Shown: piece by piece, positions 1 to 9,494 of the stretch | Layout: every line of letters begins with the position of its first letter | How positions within the stretch are numbered: the stretch's first letter is position 1 | Source of the DNA: a virus | DNA length: 64,000 bases | Strand: one strand, 5' to 3' | IMG/VR virus record: IMGVR_UViG_3300050158_000056 | Location: 1 to 64,000 of that record | Position numbers and translations under genes: made by a program | The notes under the pieces: generated by a model | Told to the model about the DNA's origin: nothing | Database searches by the model: none | The model's input: the letters and a program-made list of their open reading frames with translations, nothing else

Positions 1-472
1 CTAATCGGGTTAACTTTCCATCGGTATCTCTTGAGAGTAGGTTACTCATTGGATATGTAGGATACTTAGTACTGACATATGTAACTAGTATATAGTCACT
101 CTCTAGTACTCTGTATGATACGAATATGTCTGGTATAAATGATAAGATATCTCGTAATTCACTTTGGGATACTAGATTCTCACTAGTGAGAATCTCTAGT
201 CCAGCCTCGGATGTGATATCTAGATTTTCTAATTTAGATTTAATGTATATACCTAAGGTAGTCAGTGATAGATATAAGTGTCCATCTGACGATTTATTAG
301 GGATGGTGAGATTCCATGGTACAATAGGTAGACTAACTATGGTCGATAGTTTAGCATCTTTATATATCTTATTCAGCTTCTTAGGTTTTAGAGTACAGGC
401 TCTGATAAATTTCTTTTCGGTATCAGTCAGTGAGCTTAGGATCAGTTCAAATTGACCTGGTAGTAACTGCAT
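1..472 (-). CDS. hypothetical protein (partial, runs off left edge)
   Basis: Not in ORF track. Read manually: ATG at 472 (MQLLPGQFELILSSLTDTEKKF...), AAGG upstream, open to position 1; co-oriented with the AAA gene. Confidence 0.7.
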   Translation of the reverse strand, partial: MQLLPGQFELILSSLTDTEKKFIRACTLKPKKLNKIYKDAKLSTIVSLPIVPWNLTIPNKSSDGHLYLSLTTLGIYIKSKLENLDITSEAGLEILTSENLVSQSELRDILSFIPDIFVSYRVLESDYILVTYVSTKYPTYPMSNLLSRDTDGKLTRL

Positions 473-501
473 GATGAAGTACCTTTCATTTGATATATGA
501 A

Positions 502-2061
502 TTACATACAACTAGTATAATCATGTACTAGAATATTCTTTTCTAGTCCCCATGACTTAGCTAACTCTAGGGCTTCTTCTTTTGTATCTCTATCGGCGAC
601 ACAAGTAATACCGCGTTGGGGTAGATGAATAAATACACTATAGTAATCTGGGGTATCTTTATCTGATGTACATGGTTCAGTAGTCTCACCGAGATCTTGA
701 GTGCCCCATACTTCTAACGCATCGACATCCGTCCAGTTTATATCTTCATCAGTCCACTCATAGGTACTTTTTGTAGTAACTGTGGTAGATCCATGTGTTG
801 AGCCCTTTTCTGGGATAGATTTTTGGTACTCGACAATAGACTTGACTCCGCCATCCAACAGGTGATATCGGATATCGGCTCCTGTCATAGGTGTGAAGTA
901 ATCTAGAGCATATTCACTAGGATCTAGATCGAATAGTAAAGCCATCCTCTCAAACTCAGATTTATCCAGTAGACCTAGCTCGACTTTCAGATCAAACCTA
1001 CCTCGGCGTAGTAACGCTGGATCTATATTTTCCACATGGTTAGTCGTAGCGATTAGGCATAGTCCATCTGGTGTCATAAGTCCATCGAAACAATTCAGTA
1101 GTGTGGATAGACTTACATTCTTTTTGGTAGTGGACTTATCGTCGTTTTCTCTATTGCCTACTCCAGCTCCAGTAGCATCGATATCTTCTACTACTACAAT
1201 TGCGTTGGAGAATTCTTTATTCGAGAATAGGTGAGTCAATTGTTCATCTGTCAAAACAGCTGATAGATTTAGATTATAGATATCTCGATCCAACTCAGAT
1301 GCCAGCGCATGAATCAATGAACTCTTAGCACATCCTGGCTTACCTGAAAGTAGGATACCAGTACGATTAGGTAATCCTTTATCACGAGTCCAGTCTGCTC
1401 GTTTCTCAAACTCTCTGATGTGATTTATAACAAGGTCTACCTGACTATCTGGTAGGATGATACTGTTGATAGGCCGTTTAGTGATTTTATCACCCGACGA
1501 CCATCCATCTTTGGTATTCGAATACACAATGATAGTCTTAGTAGTACTCTTCTCATATTCTACATGATTCTTGATATCTAAGAACAATTGGTTAATAATA
1601 GGTTTACTGAAAGTAACAAATCTACAGATAAGGTGCTCTTTGAATGAATCGCCATTGTTGTTAGACTCTAAATTTTTGTATATGAATACGATATGTCCTT
1701 TGTAATATCCTATATGTTTACCATAACCAATCTGACAACCTTTTAGTTTCTTAGCAGTAGTTATCCATCTTTCATTACCAACCGCTCTTTTGATGTAACC
1801 TTCTTCTGACGATAGTGAGTATTTTCTAGTGAATCGTTCATTGACTACTTTATTAGTGATAAAATCACTTATATCTTGATATCCAGATTGATCGCTGTTA
1901 ATACGAAGATCGATTGTAAATATATGAATGATCTTATCGGTTAACCATCCTGGAAATCTACGCAATAGATACATCAAACCAGCGGCTGGCGCTGCGATTA
2001 ACGATGCTTGTGAGAATTGATTATTCTTTAATTGATCTAATACAAAACTAAATATAGCCAT
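502..2061 (-). CDS. BCS1-like membrane-anchored AAA+ ATPase with C-terminal extension
   Basis: N-terminal hydrophobic segment, Walker A GKPGCAKS, Walker B VVVEDID, SLSTLLNCFDG, TTNH, DPALLRRGRFD. Start moved to 2061 (GGAG RBS; a promoter occupies the track's extension). Confidence 0.85.
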   Translation of the reverse strand: MAIFSFVLDQLKNNQFSQASLIAAPAAGLMYLLRRFPGWLTDKIIHIFTIDLRINSDQSGYQDISDFITNKVVNERFTRKYSLSSEEGYIKRAVGNERWITTAKKLKGCQIGYGKHIGYYKGHIVFIYKNLESNNNGDSFKEHLICRFVTFSKPIINQLFLDIKNHVEYEKSTTKTIIVYSNTKDGWSSGDKITKRPINSIILPDSQVDLVINHIREFEKRADWTRDKGLPNRTGILLSGKPGCAKSSLIHALASELDRDIYNLNLSAVLTDEQLTHLFSNKEFSNAIVVVEDIDATGAGVGNRENDDKSTTKKNVSLSTLLNCFDGLMTPDGLCLIATTNHVENIDPALLRRGRFDLKVELGLLDKSEFERMALLFDLDPSEYALDYFTPMTGADIRYHLLDGGVKSIVEYQKSIPEKGSTHGSTTVTTKSTYEWTDEDINWTDVDALEVWGTQDLGETTEPCTSDKDTPDYYSVFIHLPQRGITCVADRDTKEEALELAKSWGLEKNILVHDYTSCM

Positions 2062-2089
2062 AATCAAACTCCTAGTTAATGTCATTCTA

Positions 2090-2115
2090 GTAATATAGTG
2101 TTTCATCGCCGATGA
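2090..2115 (-). promoter_or_regulatory. early (virion RNAP-type) promoter TCA-N14-CTATATTAC
   Basis: minus strand TCAtcggcgatgaaacaCTATATTAC; TATATTAC is the phiKZ early promoter core. Confidence 0.8.
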
Positions 2116-2173
2116 GTGAATATCGCAGGTATGTGATTTACTATGAACATAGTTATGTGTGAGAGTATTGGAG

Positions 2174-2494
2174 ATGCCAGATCATATCGATTCGTTTACT
2201 CATGATGGATTAGCGTATAATTTGACTACAGTCAGAAAGCTATTAAGAGATCATAAATCTGTTCTATTACCTATAGACTCACTCTTGTGGATACATAACC
2301 ACGATACTCCCAGAGAAGATAGAGTAGTTAAAGCCAAACTAAGATATCCTCTGATAGTCGCTAAATGGAATGGTAGGTGGGTAGTCGTGGATGGAATACA
2401 TCGTCTGGAGAAATATAGACGATTAGGTATAACAGTCATACCTGTCAAAGAAGTCACGGGTGATATTCTCAGTATATCCTTAATTAAAAAATGA
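2174..2494 (+). CDS. ParB/Srx-like N-terminal domain protein
   Basis: YPLIV...WVVVDGIHRL motif. Confidence 0.7.
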   Translation: MPDHIDSFTHDGLAYNLTTVRKLLRDHKSVLLPIDSLLWIHNHDTPREDRVVKAKLRYPLIVAKWNGRWVVVDGIHRLEKYRRLGITVIPVKEVTGDILSISLIKK

Positions 2495-2499
2495 AAGAG

Positions 2500-2527
2500 T
2501 AGAGAGGAGGCGTGAGCCTCCTCTCTA
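2500..2527. terminator. hairpin between convergent genes
   Basis: TAGAGAGGAGGC-gtga-GCCTCCTCTCTA. Confidence 0.75.
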
Positions 2528-2535
2528 TCTCATAA

Positions 2536-3108
2536 TCAATTACTACCACTAAGTCTAATACCTGACACTGGTACTATCCCAGTGCGCACATATTCTTTGA
2601 ACATACTCTTCTGATCAGCCTCAGCTTCTTCTACGGTGGTAAATGAGCCTAACTGTACAGTCAGTCCCCTACAGTTTATACTGGCGCTGTACAGTCCATT
2701 GGGTAGTCTATCTATACCTTTTGGTAAAGGATTGATAGTGTATCCTCGGGTCCTCCTAAACAGACTATACTCTGTTTTGAGAATAACTCTCAGATTGGCT
2801 GGTTTAGTATTTGTGAAATCGAAGTCTATAGGTACCACGATCTCATCATCACCTGGTTTACTACCAGTGTGGAAGTACCATGCTAACCATAATAGTTCAC
2901 AGTTTATTTTCTTAGGTACGTGGATTACATATCGCTTACTACTGAAGCTATGCATCAGGTAGGCACTGCCATCTGGAGCAAATTTAGAACTAGGAGTAGG
3001 TTTTGTTCTAAAGAACTTACCAGTCTCTGGAAAGAACTCTAGATGTTCTTTTAGATAGTCCAGTGTCACATTGTCTTTTGTAATCCGCTTTTCAAGGACA
3101 GTCGCCAT
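2536..3108 (-). CDS. degenerate HNH / AP2-domain protein
   Basis: LKEHLEFFPETGKF, LAWYFHTG, VPIDFDFTNTKPANLR (catalytic His absent), AP2-like QLGSFTTVEEA. Confidence 0.7.
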   Translation of the reverse strand: MATVLEKRITKDNVTLDYLKEHLEFFPETGKFFRTKPTPSSKFAPDGSAYLMHSFSSKRYVIHVPKKINCELLWLAWYFHTGSKPGDDEIVVPIDFDFTNTKPANLRVILKTEYSLFRRTRGYTINPLPKGIDRLPNGLYSASINCRGLTVQLGSFTTVEEAEADQKSMFKEYVRTGIVPVSGIRLSGSN

Positions 3109-3167
3109 ATAATCTCACTAATTAGATATCAGATGAGTAAGTGAACTAGTTACTTTCAGACTTTACC

Positions 3168-3707
3168 TTATAAAAACATAGCACCATTTTCGGTACATAC
3201 CAAGTCGTTCGATCCTGTATGTAGGATATAATTACCTTTCTTATCGGTCGGTACCATAATCATGTCATCATCACTGGGAGTTTTGTTGTTCGATAGAAAA
3301 CGATATCCACCCCCTTTGATAGGACGAGTCATACTCGTTTCATAGCTGGTTGGTTCACCTTTATTTGTAATCGAATATGTTTCATTTACTGGAGTACTAG
3401 ATTTACGATTGACGTATTCATCAATGGCGATCCTAAATGATTTATCACCATTTAGACATTTGACCATAAAGAGTTCAGTGGTCAGTGGATCAGTACCAGA
3501 ATTAGTAGTACCTCCTCCTGTATTATCCAACGCATTCTGAGGAGCTACTTCTGCAGCTGTATGAGTCGATACGAGTGGGGGTTCTACCATAGGTACTACT
3601 GTAGTAACCTTAGGATGATCTCGCTGATAGATCATTGTGGTCATCACCCCCACTAAGATAGCTAGAACAGTCGCAATAAAGACTAAGATGTTGTTTTTAG
3701 TGATCAT
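3168..3707 (-). CDS. membrane-anchored hypothetical protein
   Basis: N-terminal TM ILVFIATVLAILVGVM; AAGGA RBS before ATG 3707. Confidence 0.65.
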   Translation of the reverse strand: MITKNNILVFIATVLAILVGVMTTMIYQRDHPKVTTVVPMVEPPLVSTHTAAEVAPQNALDNTGGGTTNSGTDPLTTELFMVKCLNGDKSFRIAIDEYVNRKSSTPVNETYSITNKGEPTSYETSMTRPIKGGGYRFLSNNKTPSDDDMIMVPTDKKGNYILHTGSNDLVCTENGAMFL

Positions 3708-3844
3708 GATTTTATCCTTCAAATTAAAGACGTCTAGAGAGGGTCTCACGACCCTCTCTATTGAGTTTATGGTGTGTTGGTAAGGTTAGTCTAATAGCGA
3801 GATAAAAGCTCTGTAGGAGCTTTAAAAACGATTCTAGATATGTC

Positions 3845-4369
3845 TTATTTATTAGTCCGCTTCTGTACTGACACATTTCCGGTGTTTATGTATTCTTGAG
3901 CAACTCGGTCGTATACTTTATTTCCCTCGAGATAGTTCTCGAACTCTCCTAGATATAATTTCACCATACCCATCTGAATAAACATCTTCCATTTGCCATG
4001 TAGTTTAGCCACTATGATCTTTGGAGGTCTACTACAACATAGATCAGTAAAGTAAGTAGGCTTACATCGGTTATCCAGATGTAGATTACTGAACCTGATA
4101 TCGAGGGAGTTGTTGTTTTTGAAGATTACCTTTTGATGTTCTTCAGGCGTATGTCCGGTGGTATATAACCAAGCTAGATTTTCTGCACTATGGTGTCTAT
4201 TATTTAACCAAATGAAGACGCGCCGCCCGGTCACAGTACCGGTGGGTTTATCGCTAGTACTACCATTGGTCTGTAGTCGGAAGAATAGCCCTGTAGCTCT
4301 GTCGTACTCTAGATCCTCTTTTAGACGGGACTGAGTCAACTCGTCGATGGGGGAGTTTTGAATGACCAT
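3845..4369 (-). CDS. degenerate HNH-family protein
   Basis: LTQSRLKEDLEYDRATGLF, LAWLYTTG, VIFKNNNSLDIRFSNL, YLGEF; start uncertain. Confidence 0.65.
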   Translation of the reverse strand: MVIQNSPIDELTQSRLKEDLEYDRATGLFFRLQTNGSTSDKPTGTVTGRRVFIWLNNRHHSAENLAWLYTTGHTPEEHQKVIFKNNNSLDIRFSNLHLDNRCKPTYFTDLCCSRPPKIIVAKLHGKWKMFIQMGMVKLYLGEFENYLEGNKVYDRVAQEYINTGNVSVQKRTNK

Positions 4370-5073
4370 TTATCCATCCCATGTTTATCTAATTTAGATT
4401 TATCACTGATCACGACCATCTTTCTTGATGGATCGGAGAACATCGCCACCCATTGATCCACCATAGAAAACATTGAGACACTGTCGACTACTCGTTGGAT
4501 TCCGAATAATCCCAGCGCATCTGAGTTTATAACAATATTACTACTAATCCTACCGAAAAGAGTACCTCTGATGTCATAACAGATATTCACAATTCTGTTT
4601 TCTAGCATGAATTCTTGTAGTAGCCCACTAGTGGGAGTTGTTCCGAAAATTGTACTCCTCAGGTTAGATAGAATATATTGATTTTGATTCAAGATAGAAT
4701 CATCGATTTTAGTGGATAACCATTTGTCCAATGAATCTTTATCCCAGAAGAAATAATACTCGCTGGATGTAATTGGATTACTTCTGTAAATCAAGATACC
4801 GTGATATTTCTTATCGGCTACCACGAGTGAGATGTGAGTATAATCATACCCCAGCGATTTGTATGCGTATGCGAAATGTCGACCAGATAAACTTGTCTTC
4901 GGACTGTATCTGATGGTAGTCCATCGAATTGTATTTAACACATGTTCAATATGAGAATACAATGCATCCTCTTTAGTGACTACTGTAGGCTTACGCTCAA
5001 ACACTACGGTGGAATCTACACCGAATGCGGCCCCACTGTCGTAGTAGTCGCGTAGCTTACTGATGATGCGCAT
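4336..5073 (-). CDS. hypothetical phage protein
   Basis: MRIISKLRDYYD N-terminus, GGAG RBS, operon context. Confidence 0.7.
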   Translation of the reverse strand: MRIISKLRDYYDSGAAFGVDSTVVFERKPTVVTKEDALYSHIEHVLNTIRWTTIRYSPKTSLSGRHFAYAYKSLGYDYTHISLVVADKKYHGILIYRSNPITSSEYYFFWDKDSLDKWLSTKIDDSILNQNQYILSNLRSTIFGTTPTSGLLQEFMLENRIVNICYDIRGTLFGRISSNIVINSDALGLFGIQRVVDSVSMFSMVDQWVAMFSDPSRKMVVISDKSKLDKHGMDKWSFKTPPSTS

Positions 5074-5104
5074 AAGTATCTCCTAAACTAGATTAGTATC
5101 TTTT

Positions 5105-5509
5105 TTACCAATCGATGTCACAACTGAGCAGATCGCGGATACCACTATGGACCTGACCACTACGTAATCCAACGATAGAGGCGTCTCGCCTGTTTACAAA
5201 GTTTCCATCGGATGTGATGAATCCATGTTTATCATTACGTCTTTCTTCATATGGTTTTTCATAGCCTAGCGATTGACGTAGTTCGGAGTGAGTCCTGAAA
5301 CCACTGCGAAGGACCCCTTCTCGGTCTATGATCGCACATTTGACTAATCTGGGTATAGATACATCTACTCCGACTGCGATGGTGGGAGTAGGATCACTGT
5401 CACGTAGTCCGGGATTAGTCTTGTCCACTATATCGAGGAGCGGTATATCAATCCGTTTACTTAGTACGCCTTTTTTCTTTTTGAATAGGTTCTCGGTGTA
5501 ATTTCCCAT
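5105..5509 (-). CDS. hypothetical phage protein
   Basis: HGFITSDGNFVNRRDA motif; operon context. Confidence 0.65.
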   Translation of the reverse strand: MGNYTENLFKKKKGVLSKRIDIPLLDIVDKTNPGLRDSDPTPTIAVGVDVSIPRLVKCAIIDREGVLRSGFRTHSELRQSLGYEKPYEERRNDKHGFITSDGNFVNRRDASIVGLRSGQVHSGIRDLLSCDIDW

Positions 5510-5510
5510 A

Positions 5511-5828
5511 TTAAGTATCCCGAATCATGAATGACATGGTTTCGATGTCTGAGTCTAACTTGTGTAAAAATTCTTCTGCTTTTGTGAGTAGCTGCTCTTT
5601 ATTGGTTAACTTCGTAACCTGATGATTATACGAGAGAATATTACCTATCTGTTTTGTACGAGTTGTGTTTTTCTCACGTATACTTTCGATAAGTAATTTC
5701 TTGAGAATTAGTCTATATTTTTCTATCCTATCTGGTTCTGATTGTTTTATACAACGATATAGTAGGTTACCCAGATTATTTATTTTATTTGTCTTCGAGA
5801 GCTGATGAGTGAAGTTACCCATAGTCAA
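5511..5828 (-). CDS. hypothetical protein
   Basis: tightly packed in minus-strand operon. Confidence 0.55.
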   Translation of the reverse strand: MTMGNFTHQLSKTNKINNLGNLLYRCIKQSEPDRIEKYRLILKKLLIESIREKNTTRTKQIGNILSYNHQVTKLTNKEQLLTKAEEFLHKLDSDIETMSFMIRDT

Positions 5829-6260
5829 TTATCCATCGTTGTTTTTCAGTTCAGCCTTAGCTGCACGAGTGTATTTATCGAAGAACTTATCGATGCGTAC
5901 TTGGGCATCATCTAGGTCGGCTCGTACAAATATGGTGGAGTTACATACCCATCCAACAATTTCTGGATTACTCAGTTGTAGAATCAATCTATCTGGACTG
6001 TCTAGAGTCACTCTATGATAATCTTTCTTAGTGATATTTTCAGACGTCGTCATCCAAATGACTTCGGCGGTTTCTTCGAGATAGGGTTCGGCAGTCTCTC
6101 GAAGGACCACTCGTTTAGCGCGAATGTTGTTATTAACAAATGCTTCGGCAATCGATACCATATGTTTACGGTAGTCTAGACATGTTGGACTGATATCGTC
6201 ATCAGGGTACTCATGAACAAAGCCATTTACGTCGTCTTTTCGCAGTAGTAGAAAACCCAT
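5829..6260 (-). CDS. hypothetical protein
   Basis: AAGGA RBS, first gene after promoter motif. Confidence 0.65.
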   Translation of the reverse strand: MGFLLLRKDDVNGFVHEYPDDDISPTCLDYRKHMVSIAEAFVNNNIRAKRVVLRETAEPYLEETAEVIWMTTSENITKKDYHRVTLDSPDRLILQLSNPEIVGWVCNSTIFVRADLDDAQVRIDKFFDKYTRAAKAELKNNDG

Positions 6261-6305
6261 AAGTAATTCATCCTTTGATAACTGATGCGATTCTTTGGCA
6301 AATTA

Positions 6306-6331
6306 ATGATATAGTGTTTCATTTTTAATGA
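6306..6331 (-). promoter_or_regulatory. early promoter variant TCA-N14-CTATATCAT
   Basis: minus strand TCAttaaaaatgaaacaCTATATCAT. Confidence 0.6.
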
Positions 6332-6382
6332 TAGATTGGTAATCATCTATAGTTTGATCGAGTGTCTATATGGAAATTAAAT

Positions 6383-6652
6383 ATGACAGTGAATATTTTT
6401 AAAGTAGGTGATAAAGTACAACGTACATCCTCTGGTAGTTATATCTTTCCAGGAGTAGTGATCGGAGTATCTCCTAAACTTAATGGCACCACTATCCTCT
6501 ACACTGTGGAGTGCATTGCCCCTGGTGTGACTGGGATGGCTCACGAGTTTACTGGAGCTCATCTAGAGTACATGACTCCACAGACAGAACATGCCGTAGA
6601 ATCGGCTAGGAAGGCTTTTGAGGAGGTGTACGATGTCAAAGACTCAGTATGA
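6383..6652 (+). CDS. hypothetical protein (SH3/KOW-like)
   Basis: FKVGDKVQR...GVVIG pattern. Confidence 0.55.
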   Translation: MTVNIFKVGDKVQRTSSGSYIFPGVVIGVSPKLNGTTILYTVECIAPGVTGMAHEFTGAHLEYMTPQTEHAVESARKAFEEVYDVKDSV

Positions 6653-7007
6653 CCGAAAAATAGAAGTACTCGCTAAAATAGCTCATGAGGCCAATAAAGC
6701 CTATTGTGAAACTCAAGGAGATACTTCACAGGCTTCTTGGGATGACATCGACGAAGAACATAAAGATTCAGCTAGAGATGGTGTACGAAGAATCTTAAAT
6801 GATCCCAATACTACTCCACAAGACTCCCATCAAAATTGGATGGATTGTAAGAAGAGTCAGGGCTGGACCTACGGCGAGACTAAATGCCAAGACAAGAAAA
6901 CTCACCCATCTATGAAACCTTATGTAGAACTCAGTAGTGTGGAAAAGTTTAAGGATGCATTATTTCATGCCATCGTTAAGTCGTACATAGACTACATAGT
7001 CAAGTGA
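6633..7007 (+). CDS. RyR (ryanodine receptor repeat) domain protein
   Basis: AKIAHEANKAYC...HQNWMDCKKSQGWTYGETK...KKTHPSMKPYVELSSVEKFKD; GGAGG RBS. Confidence 0.85.
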   Translation: MSKTQYDRKIEVLAKIAHEANKAYCETQGDTSQASWDDIDEEHKDSARDGVRRILNDPNTTPQDSHQNWMDCKKSQGWTYGETKCQDKKTHPSMKPYVELSSVEKFKDALFHAIVKSYIDYIVK

Positions 7008-7009
7008 TC

Positions 7010-7041
7010 ATAGTGAGGAGGGCGTCAGCCCTCCTCACTAT
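7010..7041. terminator. hairpin between convergent genes
   Basis: ATAGTGAGGAGGGC-gtca-GCCCTCCTCACTAT. Confidence 0.75.
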
Positions 7042-7052
7042 ACTTAGTTTAT

Positions 7053-7325
7053 TTAAACTTTATTTTTTGCTTGATTCCATAGCGTCAGTGCTAGACCAAC
7101 AATCGCACCAATTAGCTGAAGTACCATTGATACAAGCGGTTTAGTGCCTTGGATCGACGTGATATATTGCGATACAGTAGGCTCAATGATTGGCCAGATG
7201 ATCGAGAGTATCAACATCGGTAGACCGGCCCAAGTCGAAGACTGCTTGGCCTGACGGACCACCCATGCTACAAATGAAGAATATACCCCGCCCCACCACA
7301 AAACAGCTTTACGTAAAAAATTCAT
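7053..7325 (-). CDS. small membrane protein, holin-like
   Basis: QSSTWAGL followed by two hydrophobic helices, basic C-terminus. Confidence 0.55.
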   Translation of the reverse strand: MNFLRKAVLWWGGVYSSFVAWVVRQAKQSSTWAGLPMLILSIIWPIIEPTVSQYITSIQGTKPLVSMVLQLIGAIVGLALTLWNQAKNKV

Positions 7326-7397
7326 AAGTCACCTCTTTACCAGTAGTGCTTATACAAAAAATACAAGCCCATATGATCAGTAACTTTATAAATATCA

Positions 7398-7766
7398 TCA
7401 CTGATAAAGTGAGTAGGTAACACTACCTGAAGACAGGTTAATCAGCAGATAATAAGTCAGACTACCGCTCTCAGGACAATCGACATCTTCATTGACGATA
7501 GTTCCAGTAGTGTTACTGGCATTATACAGATAAAGCTGATTGCCGACTACTGTGATAGGTAGTTTGGTAACGCCGCCATCGGCAGAACGCAGTAGTTGTA
7601 CACTACCAGTGGCTGCTGCGCCAGTAGCTGTCAGATAAACGACTCTACCTACCTCAGGGACGAATGGTCCAAACAACGTCTGGCCTGATCCAGATGTCAC
7701 AGTACCATTGATCTGAGCTGATGTAGCGGGATCCATTTTTCTAACCATAGGAAAACCAGAAGGCAT
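7398..7766 (-). CDS. hypothetical beta-rich, possibly virion-associated protein
   Basis: G/T/S-rich, GPFVPEVGR..VQLLRSADGG; GGAG RBS. Confidence 0.6.
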   Translation of the reverse strand: MPSGFPMVRKMDPATSAQINGTVTSGSGQTLFGPFVPEVGRVVYLTATGAAATGSVQLLRSADGGVTKLPITVVGNQLYLYNASNTTGTIVNEDVDCPESGSLTYYLLINLSSGSVTYSLYQ

Positions 7767-7862
7767 GATTGTAACTCCACTAAGATGTTAGTCTAATAAC
7801 GCGGTGGTCTATAGATCATAAGATTGATCTGAATCTATCGTACCCTCAAAAAATAAAGTAGT

Positions 7863-7892
7863 GGATAGAGGGGCTAGCTAGCCCCTCTATCC
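7863..7892 (-). terminator. 30-bp perfect palindrome / terminator
   Basis: GGATAGAGGGGCTAGCTAGCCCCTCTATCC, T-tract follows on minus strand. Confidence 0.7.
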
Positions 7893-7917
7893 TTGTGAAA
7901 CCACCATCAATCACAGA

Positions 7918-8544
7918 CTAAGCATGAATCACTGTATTCATTTTGACCATGAATTCGAAATCATTCAGTGCAATATTGATAGCTTTATCTATCGTACCAT
8001 CATCATCATGTATATCTATAGAGATATCAAAATAAGCACACTCGACTTCATTTAGGAATTTACGTCCACGTATACTTACATCCGCAGACTCATGACATGA
8101 GCCGATGAGTATTTCATCGATCTGATAATTATCAGGATCGGACGTATTGATCTTCTGGATAGCCCGAGTGATATTCTCGTAAGCCACGATTAGACTAGGT
8201 ACATTTTTCGTATCATGTAATCTAGGCAGCCTCATAAATGGGATCAGCTCACCATCATCTCGCTCATGTATTTCATTCAGCTCAGCTCTTAGTTCTTCTA
8301 GAAGCTCACTGGTAACCGACCGAAATGATTCGATGTTGGTTGGAAGAATATACCCACCATCGCGAATGGATAGTAGATATCTCGACTCAGAGTCGTAACA
8401 TGACTGACTGGGTCCTAGAGAGAGTCGAATGACCCCATCACTGTTCTGCGACAGGCTATACCACCACCCTGATAATTCTCGCTCGATCTGATAGATGGTG
8501 TGTACTACTTCGTTATATCCTAGTAACGGAAAAGATGTGATCAT
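7918..8544 (-). CDS. hypothetical protein
   Basis: 208-aa ORF, AAGGA RBS. Confidence 0.65.
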   Translation of the reverse strand: MITSFPLLGYNEVVHTIYQIERELSGWWYSLSQNSDGVIRLSLGPSQSCYDSESRYLLSIRDGGYILPTNIESFRSVTSELLEELRAELNEIHERDDGELIPFMRLPRLHDTKNVPSLIVAYENITRAIQKINTSDPDNYQIDEILIGSCHESADVSIRGRKFLNEVECAYFDISIDIHDDDGTIDKAINIALNDFEFMVKMNTVIHA

Positions 8545-8562
8545 AGTACTTCCTTTTGAATA

Positions 8563-9198
8563 TTAACCTAATCTTACGTGACATTTGTATTTGGGTTTAG
8601 CAGCGTTGAATGTATGGGCGGTCCCACCAGTAGCCAAACCGACATGAGTTGCTGTCGCAGTGGACTCGACTATCCTTAGACTCCAGATACCCTGGTTAGA
8701 ATCGTTGTGACCGAATGTAAAAGCTATCAGTACGCCTCCAGGTGATACTGATTTAGCCACCTCGAGATTTCTGACAAAGAAGTTACCAGTACCAGGGACT
8801 AACACAGCTCCCATGTTTCGTACTTTAATCAGTTCTTCTGAGGTTTTTCTACCTAACTTCTCTGAGAACAATCTATGATAATAATTAGCTGTACCTGCAG
8901 TACTATTAGACTTCCCATTGGTTCCAAAATAAATACCGTTATCATCTATATCGGAAGGTAGATACAGAGTTAGGTTTTTAGCAGGTATTAATCCTCTTAA
9001 TACTAACTCCACCGGGATGTGATCTGCCCATGCTGCTCCTCCCGATATGAACTTAGAAGTACTCATATCGACGTGTAGTCTAGTCAGTATCTTACCGACA
9101 CTTTCTACCATCCTATCAAAATGATCGCTAGTTAACTTGGATCCATCTGCTTTTCGTCCAGCTGTACCGATAATTGCTATACTAGTCGATTCCATCAT
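8563..9198 (-). CDS. SLOG-superfamily (DprA/YspA-like) protein
   Basis: IAIIGTAGR, FISGGAAWADH, FFVRN, GGTAHT motifs. Confidence 0.7.
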   Translation of the reverse strand: MMESTSIAIIGTAGRKADGSKLTSDHFDRMVESVGKILTRLHVDMSTSKFISGGAAWADHIPVELVLRGLIPAKNLTLYLPSDIDDNGIYFGTNGKSNSTAGTANYYHRLFSEKLGRKTSEELIKVRNMGAVLVPGTGNFFVRNLEVAKSVSPGGVLIAFTFGHNDSNQGIWSLRIVESTATATHVGLATGGTAHTFNAAKPKYKCHVRLG

Positions 9199-9245
9199 AG
9201 TCCTCCTTTATAAAAAAAAAGAGGATGATAGTCCTCTTTTATAAT

Positions 9246-9440
9246 CTACCCAAATCGGCCATGACCAGTTTCCTGATTCGCATACTCTATAGCGTTTTTG
9301 ATTGCTTCTTTTTGGCTAGGGTATTTCTTCTTAGCTACGCCCAAATCATCGACTGCCATCATAATTGCATCATAAGCTTCTATATCACCATGAGCTAAAT
9401 GAGTTTCAGCACTCTCACGCATGTATGATTCACGACTCAT
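9246..9440 (-). CDS. hypothetical protein
   Basis: AGGAG RBS before MSRESY; track start lies inside a hairpin. Confidence 0.55.
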   Translation of the reverse strand: MSRESYMRESAETHLAHGDIEAYDAIMMAVDDLGVAKKKYPSQKEAIKNAIEYANQETGHGRFG

Positions 9441-9494
9441 TAGTTCACTCCTAAGTAAGAGGATAGAGGGAGGTGACACCTCCCTCTAGTTTAG

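Noticed and set aside
126-455. + strand 109-aa ORF
   Set aside because: Antisense to a longer minus-strand ORF (472 to the edge) that fits the operon direction
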